A program made the translations under genes and the position numbers. 64,000 nucleotides of DNA, taken from the NCBI GenBank assembly GCA_030704615.1, contig CM060733.1, positions 65,286,001-65,350,000 on the forward strand. The letters run 5' to 3'. Origin of the DNA: Takakia lepidozioides. Its lineage: Eukaryota; Plantae; Bryophyta. Below are positions 32,230-44,399 of this stretch, piece by piece (the stretch's first letter is position 1; every line of letters begins with the position of its first letter). A model generated the notes under the pieces. The model made no database searches, was not told the origin of the DNA, and saw nothing but the letters and a program-made list of their open reading frames with translations.

Positions 32230-35200
32230 TTGGGTTGATGATCCAATTCATCCAGAACTTTGAGCCGAGCGGACAGGAGTTACCCAGGTGAAGGGCGTAG
32301 ATATAGAGGTTACTCCGCAGTATTTGCAACAACTGTTTGAATTGCCATCTGGTCATGTGAACGTGGATGAGCATAGGGCAAGATTGCAGACAGGGGATCT
32401 GTTCCAAGAAACGAGTTTCTTTAGGAACCAGGGATTCACCTGTACCAAGGCCGAGTATCGAGGGTTGAGGGAAATTGGCCAAATACTGAACATTTTGTTT
32501 GCCATGAAACAGAACCAACAGTATCTTAGCAGATCTTTCACAGAGGAGGTGTTGAAAGCTTTGAGAGGAGAGGATGTAGCCTAGGCGGAGATGATGTACA
32601 GTGGTCTGCTGGAGGAGATGAAACGGTTACAAAATATTACTGCCAAGTCCCCGATCATTGTATCTGGCCCAATTATTGCACAGATTATCTTTGACTCTTG
32701 CATGTTAGATGCGCGAGAACGCAAAGTAATGGGGGTGTTTGAGACAGCCACAACTGCAGTTGAGGAGCAGGGCTCTTCACAAGGTGAAGGGGGATTGGAG
32801 GGGCAGCGCTAGTCCAAGAGACAGAAGAGGGACACAACTATAGTGGCGGATCCCCTAGCCACAAGAAATCCACAGGATGATGTTTCCATAGCTCCTGTGC
32901 AGGATGAGGAGCAGCAGCACAGGGGGCTGTTGTTACTGGAAGCACGGCCTTCAGCGAGGGCGGCCCTCAGTACCACAGCCATCACAGCCAGTTGCCCTAC
33001 GGGTAACTCAGATTGTAGATGTTGTCACACCGGAGCCTCTTGCTGTGGAGGGAGAAGGGTTGGACATCCCCACTACAGAGCAGGTAGTGGCAGAAATTGA
33101 GAAGGGTGACCTTCTCTATGAAAACTCTGGCATGGTCGGAGAACCAATAGTACCAAAGATGCAGAGTCTGCCCAGGGAAATCCCTGTTGTGCAAGTTATT
33201 CCCAAACTTGTGGCGGAGGATAAAGTGGTAGAGGGCAAGGGAACTGCAGCACCTGTGGAGGATGAGGTTGCTCAGGAAGTAGATCCTGTGGGGATCATGG
33301 CCTGACTGGTTTGTGAAACATCAGACTGTGGAGGATCAGGGAGAACAATAGCAAGTTCTCCATGAAGACCACAACATGCCATGCTTATGAGTTCCATAAG
33401 CAGGACACTTAATTTGTTGGGCACCTATGTGAAGTCCCATGTTCCTTCCACACAATTGGCAGCATTGAGGGAGGAGCTCAAGCAAGAGTTTGAAGCAAGA
33501 ATTGTCATTGAGTGTGCAAATAAGGTGGATGTGGAGGCCAACCTTAAGTTGCAGAAAGAGTTGGAGGACACTAAATCTGCTCTACAGCTTGCGAAGGAAA
33601 ACTTGATTGAAGCAGGTCTGGAGTAGGAGAAGTTGCATGAAGTATATAAGCAACAGCTATATCAGTTGCAGGTGAAGCATGAAAGCAAACTGCAGGAAGT
33701 GAAGTTGCTCCATACAGAGTTGGAAGCAGTCCATCAGAAAATGACCATCCAGTGTGCCACACTAACAACTACTCTGGAGCTGACTGTATTAGAAGTTAAG
33801 AACCAAGCTGAGAGATGTTTAATGGTGGAGGCTGAGTCAGTGGAGCAGGCAAAACTCATTGCTGACATGAAGGCTACTATCTGTCGCCATGATGATACCT
33901 TTCAGCAGTACAGTCAGATCGATGCACAGAAGGACAGGTACATCCTTGAGTTGCAGCAAACACTCACCGTACGGGAGAATGAGCTTTCTGTGACTGACAA
34001 AGCCTGGAAAGAAGCCAATAATTTGTCAGCTGCTTATACAGCTATGGTTGAACCTCATGCGAAGCACATGGAGAGTTTAAACCAGCAATTAGCAACATAT
34101 AGACTCAAGGAGGAGCAGGATCTCCGTGGTGCTACACAGGAAGGATCTCAGTGGTGCTACACAGGACGTGGTGGATAATCATCTTTTACAAGAGTGGTTA
34201 ACACAAGGACCAGTGGAAGGGAAGGCACCAAGGAAGCTCACCCAAGAGGAGATGAATGATCTTAGGTTACGGGTGCAGAACATTGCCACAGCCATTATAG
34301 ATAATGTTTATAGTCGGATAGCTGAGTTGCAGGAGGATGTAGAAGGGCTGTAGACTCAAGTGGATGACTTGAGCTCCAACATTGATAAAAGAGCTTTTGT
34401 TCCTGAGGAACAGCTTATGGTTACTTATTTGCACGCGAGGACTCTAATTTTCCAATCTTCATCATAGGAGGTGCAGGACTTGCCAACATCAGGAAGGACA
34501 GTGGCACCAATATCACAGCAACCACAGCAGGTCGTCACTGTTGATACCATGGCACTGCAACAATCTGAGGTTTGGGGGGATGCTTCTTTTAACCCACCTA
34601 CTACTCCTGCTGCACTTGAGTACAATCGGGCTATGATTATGCCCTTCAACCAAATTCCCATTGTTATGGATTTGGCTTGGAAAGAATTCAGTCCTCGAGA
34701 GTCTTTGGCACACTATTATCAGATCATGCGTATTTGGTTGTCAGTGGCAACTCGGACTAAGGTTCTTCCGAATAACCGACCCATTAAAGATCATTATTTT
34801 GCACGGTACTAGTCTGAGGCAGGCACCATGCTAAAGGAATTAATTGCCTTCCAGATTGTTCATGGGTACATCTACACCAAGACCAATGAGGTACCTAGTT
34901 TGGTCATGGGTTGTGGACTATACTATGCTGTTTGTTTCATTTCACGTTATCACATTGAGCAGCAAAAGATGCAGATGCGATTTCAGATTTATTCAAGTCT
35001 GCGGATCATTGGGTGTTACCTTCAGTTTCATCCATACATATCTGTATGATGTGAGGATCATGTTGTAGAAAGATCCCCAACTTCGTTCTTGGTTCAATTT
35101 TGCTTTAGAGAACTTGGCCAAGGAAAACTTGGGTCTTGACTACATCTTTTCTAAAGGACATGAAGCCAGGAAATGGTTACACTGTTCCAATGTCATTGGC

Positions 35201-35650
35201 ACACTCCTCACCTATATAGACAAGAAGTGCGGGAGTACACTAATTTTGCCCGCAAGAGATTGATACAAGTTTTTAAGTTTAAGCTTCCAGACATGGTGGA
35301 CAAACACTGTATGCCACGCATTACTCCTGAGATGCCACAAAAGGTCAGAGCACCGAAAGGCCACCGGGGGAAAGATGATTTTGATACTACTGGTTCTATG
35401 GATGAACCTTTTGACATGGCTGAGGACTATGCAATACAAATGGCAGAGAAGAAACGACGGGGATCTCTTATGCCTGAGAAGTTATCTCATTATCAGCCAA
35501 AGGAAGGGCAGTCATTTCCATTTGGTGGACAGTCATCTCCACCAGCCAGCGACAGGGCTCGGGCTTGCACACAGAGCCCTCTACGGGACTCTCACCGACA
35601 GAAGGGTGCTCGTTCACAAAGGTTTGCTAATCATAAACAGTAAACCGTGA
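32230..35650 (+). mobile_element. Degenerate long unknown ORF (~1100 codons) at the 3' end of an LTR retrotransposon (family X, copy 2)
   Basis: Collinear ORF pieces 32288-35643 with scattered stops and frameshifts. Ends at GAGGACACGGCTTTTTGAGAGGGGGAGGGA (PPT). Confidence 0.8.
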
Positions 35651-35683
35651 GGACACGGCTTTTTGAGAGGGGGAGGGATAAAA

Positions 35684-36617
35684 TGTTAGAGGGTTGTCTG
35701 GGACTTAGACAGTTTTACGGGTTCTGTGGGGTACCCTTAATTTTGCGCAAACTTACGGATGGTAAACTTAGACCAATACATGCCTTAGGGGTGGTAGACA
35801 GGCTTACACAGTTAGTCACAGCCTTACACAGTTAGGCACAGTTTGACACAAACTTATCACAGTCTGACACAGCCTTATACAGCCTGACACAGCCTTACAC
35901 AACCTTACACAGCTTATCACAACCTATCACAGCCTGACACAGCCAGTCACAGCCCGACATAGTTTGGCACAGCCCATCACAACATTCACAGGGAACGGTT
36001 ATTATTGGCAGGGAACGACTGTGTAGGAACGACATCTGCAGAGGGAACGTGCATACTGTCTTGAATGACAGTTAGTTACTTAGGCGGTTAGAAGAGCTTA
36101 CAGGTAGAATAGGCAGAGTAGCAACAGAGGGGGACATTTCTTGGATCACGACTTGGTCATCCAGGAGGAAAGGACGATCTGGAGTATAGGGATGGAGAGC
36201 GCAGTGGAGTAGGAAACCTGATCTGTTGATGCTTGATGAATGCAAGCTGTAGAGTTATACTGTAGAGTAGATTAGAGACACCATGGCTTCGGCCTGATAC
36301 TTGATACATATTAATCTGATACATATTCCATACTCACACTGTGTAGGGAGACCTGAGTGAAGCTGTGGAATGAATGGATGAGTGGTTGGAACCTGGTAGA
36401 TTGCTGAAGCAATCTGATACTTAAACATAGACAGTAAGGTAACTTGCTAATTTGAATGTGAGAAGGAATACAAATAGGAAGCACCCCCATGATACACTAG
36501 TTGTAGGTCATGACTGATTGTTCTGAGCGGGCTGAGTGTTTAGAGATATCCAACTCTTCTATCTTGGAGTTCCCACCTCGGATAGCGAAGGGATGGATGA
36601 GTAAAAGCCGCTCGACA
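35684..36617 (+). mobile_element. 3' LTR of family X copy 2
   Basis: TGTTAG...TCGACA termini after the PPT. ~10-bp ACAGCC-type tandem repeats at 35815-35980. Homologous to 22517-23460. Confidence 0.8.
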
Positions 36618-39235
36618 TAGAGGTAGACAACAGGAAGGAGGATTAGCACATGGAGGACCCACAAAAGAACAAAGTGCAGAAAGAGTATAATATATGTAGA
36701 AAGCATTCATTGGTTTGGTTCTGTTTTTTGAATAGTGGTCAAATGGCATCTGCATCAATTTTCTCGACTAGCATTGATTAATGATTGACAACATCTGTTT
36801 TGATGCTTGTGTTGTTCCTCGTTCCTGTAAATCCCCGGTCTGAAAGTTGTTGATTTTGTTGGATCTCAACGCAATTACTAGGTCAACCACCAAGTTTATT
36901 TCATGGGAAAAACAATTGCTCTATTCATGAGGAATTGGTGCCTCCCTTTGAGGTCTCTATGCAAGAATATTGTGTGGTCTGCTCTGATTTAGGAGAAATT
37001 GTCATTCAAGAGAAAGCTAGTGAAATCCATGTATAGCTCTTTCAAGTAGAGGATTTTCACATTACAGATGGAGTCTGCTGGAACCATTCTGACACACAGT
37101 CACTAATGTGGCATGTATCAGTATAGACTGCTTTTATTGAGTAGGTTTTGAGATTTTTCATTGAGAGTTTACGTAACAGGGGACAAACTTATTCTGTGTT
37201 TATGATGACAGTCTTTGAGCAAGCACACTCCATCTGCACCAGAGACTGACATCTCAAGTAATGCAACTACTCCAACTGCAGAAACAAGTGTGTCTGGATT
37301 AGATGGTTCGTGTTTCATAGAGACTGGGAACATAGACAAGCAAGAAAAATATTCGAAAATGCAGGTAAAAAAATCGGCGTTGGCAGAGGGTATTGATGAC
37401 AATTGCAATGAAAGCCCATATCGAGTAGATGGGGTCATTTATCAACCTCGGTGGCAGTTAGCTTTTTGACTTAGTGCTAGACACTTGGATAGAACCACAA
37501 TTCAATCAATTATATGCTGATGCACATGCAACAACATTCAACTTTGACAACACTATGACTACGACGGAGATTCTAGTTTTTCAAGTCTGCTTGTGCTAGC
37601 AATGCGGGACAAGAAGACCTATTTCACCTTGGAGGCACACCAAATGCAAGTAACTGATCACAAAAAATGAAGTATCCATGATTGGCAAGTAGATACAATC
37701 ACCATTTGCAGCAGAATGTTATCCAGGTTTGAACTTCTAAGCAGTGTTGTGTGGGTAAATAGATTTTTAATAACAGGGGCAAAGTCTGTTTGTCTGTAAT
37801 CTACTAGTCTGTTTCTTCCTTTCTGTGTTCAGGGCATGTTAGTGGCAGACTCAGTAGTTTTGCAGAGTACGAAAGATTGATAGGGTCTGGAAAGGTTGTT
37901 GCTTACGAGTAGGCAGTGGAGTAACCACAACGACGCTTCCAGATTCTACTCTGCAGTACCATGGGCCCCATCGATGTTTACCTGGTCAGATGTGTTTCTG
38001 TCTATTAGATGCAGAAGCATGCAACACTTTTGTTCTTTGAGGTCACTTTGGAGGGCAATAAGAGTCATTATGTGCATGAGGATACTGTCTTCAACAAATT
38101 ACCATCCTGAAGAAGTGTGAAAGCAGGTAACTTGCGTGCCTTGGATATCTGGGCATGTGTACAGTGGTTGTGGTTCTTGCAGCTACTATTGGGTGTGAAT
38201 TGTTAACTCTCATCAACATTATTCAGATGATTAGTACAGTTCATTTCTTAAACCATATGTTGTCCTTGCAGATTGAGCATTGTTTAAGTTATGACATCAC
38301 CATTGCATAATCATCATTATGTGATAAAGGAGACCGCTTATTGCTTTGGGATGCTTATGGCAGTCGGTTTGAAGGGAAGTTTGAAGAGATGAATGCAGCT
38401 AAGATGCCAGTAGAGCTTCATCCTATGTCTCTAATGACAACGTTGTCTCCATCTGCCATGGCAATGGGTCATCATGACGGCGGCATGCCCATTGGACCAG
38501 AGGTGGGGCATCCAATGTCAGATTAGGGGCATCCTGGCAGTCATGACACAGCTTCTCCAAGCTCTGAACCCAGCAGCCCACCACATGATTTTGTGGGTGG
38601 AATTATGAGAATTACACCTGCCAAAGTGAATGTGAGTGGATCCTACTTTTGTATAAGGAATGTTGATCACACTATCATGTGGCTGGATGGTTGTGGGGGA
38701 TTCTTAGGTCCAGTTGCTTTAATGATAGTGTAGTAACTCGTCAATGCTGCGATTCTACTCTATTCTGCATTGTGCTTTCAGATACATCAATATCAGGTGC
38801 TTGAATGAAAGCCTCTTTCACGATCGTGCACATCAACTTATAAATGCTTGGGACAGTGCTAGGCAGAGCACATTCACTGGCTTATACATGTGAGCATTTA
38901 TGTAGTGACAGCTCGAAGGATTGTGCAATAGCTATCTCTCATCTTTGCAGCTATGGTGCATTCACTATTGAAGTTCATCTATTGCAGCTAAAGAACGTGC
39001 ATTTGCACACGAAAATAGGGTTTGTCAATAAGTTGCGGAGTCTGTGCAATTAAGGTACGAACCCTTGAAAATCCGGATTTCGCACAGTAAATATCAAAAA
39101 TTTGTGGCTCGGGATCTTTGAGATGTAGCCTTGTAGAGGCGGATAAGGTGATAATGGGATCATCCGAACGCTGATATGGCTGTGCATACGAAAGGACTGA
39201 CAGAGGATTGCAAGCGCCCCGGGCCGCGCCACCCA

Positions 39236-39966
39236 GGTCGCGCACCTCACTTCGTAAACCCCCCCCCCCCCCCCCCCCCCTCAAGTCATAGTTACTTGCT
39301 TGATGCGTGCCTAACTCCCAACCTGGCCGCCGGGCCAACTTGGAGCTTCGGCTGCTCACCGGGACATAACGGTCCCCCCTTGATCTCCCAAAGAACCCTC
39401 CAACGATTTGGAACTAGCGGAATTCCCTTTGGTAGTTGGCAGTCCGGAACAGCTCCCCACTCTTTGGTCGCTTTCCGGCTCGCTCGCTTACTCACTAGCT
39501 TTTGGTCACCAACGGGCTTGCACCGTTCTCGGGGTTACTACTCCTATATATACTTCTGTAGCTGTCCGCGAGGGTTTCACAAACAACCATGCCATTTTAT
39601 GGCGAACCACCACGAACACCCTCGACTCCCGGTGATGAGTCGCGGCGAGTCTTGGCCCACCACCACGGCCCCTATGGACCGTGATGAGTCCCAAGACTCC
39701 CCACGACTCCCACCACGAGGTCTCCGCCCCAGGGTGAGTCCTATGCCACCCCCACTAAGTCCCGCTAAGCTACCACCACCCTTGTGGAGCCACCCCCACC
39801 GCAACCTGGTGTGCGGGGCTCCACCTAGTGAGCGCCTCCGCCTCCTGAGTGCCTTGGGCACTCCAGGGTGCTTCAGCCCCCCATACCTATCGCTGCCACT
39901 GCCCCACCACAGGGGCAGCCCCTCTTGTGTCCCGACCCCCTGCCCTCAAGGCAAAGGGCCGCGACA
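39236..39966 (-). repeat. 3' LTR of the family B element
   Basis: Matches 43623-44361. Preceded on the minus strand by G-rich GGTAGGGGTGTG. Confidence 0.9.
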
Positions 39967-40649
39967 CACACCCCTACCAACAGGGAGTCGATGTCCTCAT
40001 CGGCTTGTCCATTTTGTGGAAACGAACATCCAAGTTGTGGCGTCCCACATCAAGGAGTTTGTTTCCGTACCATGGCGTCCCATGGCAAAGAACCAAACCC
40101 CACACTTGACTCTACTCTCCACTAGCTAGTTCGGCCGACTTCCTCCAAGTCCCGGCCAAGGGTGGAGCCTCTCAAGCTCCTCCCAGTGCACTCTTCTTGG
40201 TCTACTTCAAGGCCAAGGAACGATCCTCCCCGAGGATCGAATCGCCTTACAGCAACAACATTACTTGCGACCGCTCATGATGCCGCTTTTGGCATCACCT
40301 CGAGCAAGGGTTCACCTCGAACCCTCTTTGACTAGGAAGGTAACCTTGAACCAACCGCGCGCCCCAATCACTACAATTGGGTCCGCTTTGGAATGCTGGC
40401 CTGAGGTACGGGAACACGCCGAAGCCGCACTACGACTTCGTCCCAAGGCTACACGATTATAGTACGTGAACGGAAGTGCGTAGCTTCCGCGTTTAGCCCG
40501 CACTACAAAGCAATCCCCTCGGTAGCGCAGTTATAGTATGCGCACGCGCCAGGTGTGCACTAGCACGTGAACTCCTAAATATCTTGCCACCTAAGTTGTT
40601 TTGGGGACAACTTGGGCTGCGTGGCAAAATACTTCACCGTGACATTGTC

Positions 40650-42345
40650 CGTGAACACCTTCACTGGGTTGGAACCAACATAGTGGCACCAAAGCTCAAG
40701 ACAGTGCACCACCGCCTTCATCTCTTTCTCGTGCGTCGGCCACCGTCGCTCCACTTCATTCAGTTTCTAACTTTCGTAAGCCACTGGGCGTCCATCTTGC
40801 ATCAGTACACCCCCAATCGCGAAGTCCGACGCATCTGTATGAATCTCGAACGGACGATCGAACTCCGGGATTTTCAAGACTGGAGCTTCCGCCATCCGCT
40901 GCTTCAATTCAGCAAAAGCTTGGCCACAAAAGGTGTTCCATGCCCAGACTTTGGATTTACACAGAAGGTCTGACAGCGGCCCCGCGACTTGGCGAAATTT
41001 CTCACATACTTCCGGTAGTAGGAGGCGAGTCCTAGGAAGGATCGCACTCCCGGGACCGAAGTCGGAAGCTCCCAGTCCAAGATTGCCTTTACCTTCCTGT
41101 CATCCATTCTGATCCCATCCTGTGTAATCACATGCCCCATGAACTCCACTTTTGTGACCCCGAATTCGCACTTTGAAGCTTTGGCATACAGCTTCCCTTC
41201 CCGCAATTTCTGGAACACCCTTTTGAGGTGCTCCAGGTGCTCCTCCTTTGTTTTCGAATACCAAGATGTCGTCGATGTACACGATCACAAAGTCATCCAA
41301 CCACTCCTGGAAAAGGTTGTTCATCAGCGTGCTAAAAGTCGCGGGAGCGTTGGTGAGTCCAAAAGGCATCACCAAGAACTCATATGAACCATACCTTGTC
41401 CTGCACGCGGTCTTCTCCTCATCTCCTTCCGCCACTTGAATTTGATGATAGTCGGAGCACAGATCGATCCGGCTGAAATACTTCGCTCCTGCCAACCGAT
41501 CGAAAAGGTCGTCGATCCTTGGCAAAGGGTACCGGTTTTTTATAGTCACCTTATTCAAAGCCCTGTAATCGACACACATCCGCAGCGTCCCATCCTTCTT
41601 GTCTGCGAATAACACCGGGGCTCCGTAAGGTGACTTACTCGGGCCGGATGTACCCCTTTGACATTAGATCTTTGAGCTGAGTCTTCAGCTCGACCAACTC
41701 TCTGTGGCTCAACCGGTAGGGCGCCTTGGCAGGCGGTTCTGATCCCAGTATCACCTCAATCTTGTGGTCAACTCCTCTTCGCGCGGTGGCAAGCCGCTTG
41801 GTAAATCCTCCGGCATCACATCCTGGCATTTCTCCAAAATCCCTTTGATCCAATCTGGGCTCGGCTCCCCATCGCCTTCTCCCTTCACTTCTCTAATATA
41901 GAGCAAAAATTGGGGCTCGTGTGCCTCCTCCACGGCCCACTCCCTTGCTGACAGGGGGTTTCCCACGGGTTTGGGCGTTTCCGACACTCGTAAGACCTCG
42001 CCACCATTCCCACATGGTAGCGTGACTATTCTCTTGCGGCCATCTATGACCGCTTCGGATTTGCTCAAAAAGGTCATCCCCAAAATGAGATCCACTCCAT
42101 CGATCTCGCAGATGGTGAAGTTCTCACGTCCTCCCAACTCCCCAGTTGAAGAGGAACATCAAACGCCAACCTTGTCGCCAATTGCGGTTCTCCTTTGGCA
42201 GAACGCACCTCAATAGAGGCCCCCACGTCACTTGTCGGGAGTCCCAGCTTTTGTGCCGTTGCCGGTGTCATGAAGGAGTGCGACGCTCCTGTGTCCACCA
42301 ACAACGACACGTTAGTTCCGGATATTGTCCCATCCACGAACAATA
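40650..42345 (-). pseudogene. pol remnant (aspartic protease, reverse transcriptase, RNase H)
   Basis: LLVDTGASHSF; [29 protein letters not shown]; [13 protein letters not shown]; VYIDDIL; FEIHTDASDFAIGGVL. Frameshifted. Confidence 0.9.
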
Positions 42346-42489
42346 ACTGACTCCCTTTACGTAAGGCGCCAGTTTCCTAATACAACTCACAAGAAAATTT
42401 GCCTACCTTGCAAGTCCTGGCGACCACCGCTTCCACCAAGCGACTGATGGTATCTTCTGACAGCTTTGTGGTCGCCCGAGTCATGTTCA

Positions 42490-43570
42490 ATTGCCGGGGC
42501 TTCGTGCACTTCTTGGCCATGTGCCCGGGCTAGCCGCAATTGAAACACACTCCATCAAAGGTCGCCTTCTGTCCGCCATAAGCCGCTCCACCCGCTTTTC
42601 CTTTCGAAGCACCGGGGTGCCGCCTTGACTTGTGAAGGCCCTCCCTTCGATTTCCACGTGCCATTGTCGCCGCGTGGCCTATCCCACTTCTTTTCCGGTC
42701 GGAAGGAGTCACCTTCCCGCCGGGTCTTCTTGTGGTTCAGCTCTGTACGGCCTTGTCTTTCACCCTTAGGGACATCCGAGAAACATTCAGCCCTCTCAAT
42801 TGCCTCGTTCAAAGTCTTAGGTGGCTTCTCCTCCAACTTCCACTTGGCCCATGGGGCCAGTCCCGCCACAAAGTTGAAGACCATTTCTGGTTCTGCCATG
42901 TCCGCGACTTCGAGCAACATCACATTGAAAGCCTGGACATATCCTCGAATGTCATCTGTTTGCTTCAAATTCCTCATCTTGTCCCGGGCGAGCCCAGGAC
43001 GTTGAGGGGCACAAACTGCCTCTTCATCAATTCCTTGAACCCACTCCAGTTCAAGGTTTCCGGGCTTGGGACCTCGGTCGTGAAGGCGTTTCTGCCACCA
43101 TTGTTGAGCATAGCCCCTCAAATAGGTGGGAGCCACTTCCACCCGATCCTCGTCACTCAACTTGGCCGCCCGGAAGTACTGCTCCAGCTCCAAGAGCCAG
43201 GTGTTGAGTGCCTTCCAATTTCGGACGCCCTCGAAGGTGTCGGGTTCCTTCGGCTTCACCTTAAACTTTGCCTTAGTGGAAGTGGCATTAGCCGCCTTCA
43301 ACACGTCTTTCAACGTCCCGCCAAATTGCGCCAACAACCCTTCCCAAAAGGCTGCCGGCATGGGAGGCATCTGTTGGTCGGTCGGAGCTCTCAGGGATTC
43401 CTCAGGCTCCGACTCCTCAGATTCCTCCCGCTCTTCAGTGCCTCGTTTTCGGAAACATGCATCGCTACCTCAAACGGCCGCCTCGGTGACACGTCGCCCC
43501 CATCGGGCTCACCAGGATCATCATCTTTTGGGCCGTTCCGCTTTTGCTTTGGCTTGCCCGACCCCATGAT
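42490..43570 (-). pseudogene. gag remnant
   Basis: KPKEPDTFEG...YLRGYAQQWW...LKQTDDIRGYVQAF...FVAGL; zinc knuckle CFNCG.PGHMAKKC. Confidence 0.88.
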
Positions 43571-43608
43571 GAGGCCAATCCCAAGGACGATCGCGTACTG
43601 AACTCTAA

Positions 43609-43620
43609 GCTCTGATACCA
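43609..43620 (-). promoter_or_regulatory. Primer binding site (tRNA-iMet)
   Basis: TGGTATCAGAGC, 2 nt inside the 5' LTR end. Confidence 0.9.
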
Positions 43621-43622
43621 AG

Positions 43623-44361
43623 TGTCGCGCACCTCACTTCGGTAAACTTCCCCCCCCTCAAGTCATAGTTACTCGCTTGATGCGCGCGCCTAACTCCCAA
43701 CCTGGCCGCCGGGCCAACTTGGAGCTTTGGCTGCTCAGCGGGACATAACGGTCCCCTCTTGATCTCCCAAAGAACCCTCCAACGATTTGGAACCAGCGGA
43801 ATTCCCTTTGGTAGTTGGCAGTCCGGAACAGCTCCCCACTCTTTGGTCGCTTTCCGGCTCGCTCGCTTACTCACTAGCTTTTGGTCACCAACGGGCTTGC
43901 ACCGTTCTCGAGATTACTACTCCCTATATATATTTCTGTAGCTGTCCGCGGGGGTTTCACAAACAACCATGCCATTTTATGGCGAACAACCACGAACACC
44001 CTCGACTCCCGGTGATGAGTCGCGGCGAGTCTTGGCCCACCCACCACGGCCCCTATGGACCGTGATGAGTCCCAAGACTCCCCACGGCTCCCACCACGAG
44101 GTCTCCGCCCCAGGGTGAGTCCTATACCACCCCCACTAAGTCCCGCTAAGTCCCGCTAAGCTACCACCACCCCTTGTGGAGCCACCCCCACCGCAACCCA
44201 GTGTGCGGGGCTCCACCTAGTAAGCGCCTCCGCCTCCTTGAGTGCCTTGGGCACTCAAGGGTGCTTCAGCCCCCCCATACCTATTGCTGCCACTGCCCCC
44301 ACCACAGGGGCAGCCCCTCTTGTGTCCCGACCCCCTGCCCTCAAGGCAAAGGGCCGCGACA
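43623..44361 (-). repeat. 5' LTR of the family B element
   Basis: TGTCGCG...CGCGACA inverted termini. Confidence 0.92.
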
Positions 44362-44399
44362 CACGGGGTCACGATATCTTGTCTGAACAGCGGTCATGG

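Larger units (their letters stand above)
39236..44361 (-). mobile_element. Ty3/gypsy LTR retrotransposon (family B) with both LTRs; internally deleted, integrase mostly missing
   Basis: Near-identical LTRs at 39236-39966 and 43623-44361. PBS TGGTATCAGAGC. Order gag, protease (LVDTGASHSF), RT (YIDD), RNase H (TDASD). Many frameshifts. No clean TSD seen. Confidence 0.93.

Noticed and set aside
36620-39050. Possible exon fragments (ORFs 37215-37469, 38341-38526)
   Set aside because: Could not assign a family or a consistent splice model.
39176-40129. 317-aa proline-rich ORF, and similar ORFs in other LTR copies
   Set aside because: Lies within GC-rich LTR sequence and the frame is not preserved among copies.
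42732-43601. 289-aa plus-strand ORF
   Set aside because: Antisense shadow of gag.
39231-44366. TSD for the family B element
   Set aside because: Flanks ACCCA and CACGG do not match, so no TSD is claimed.
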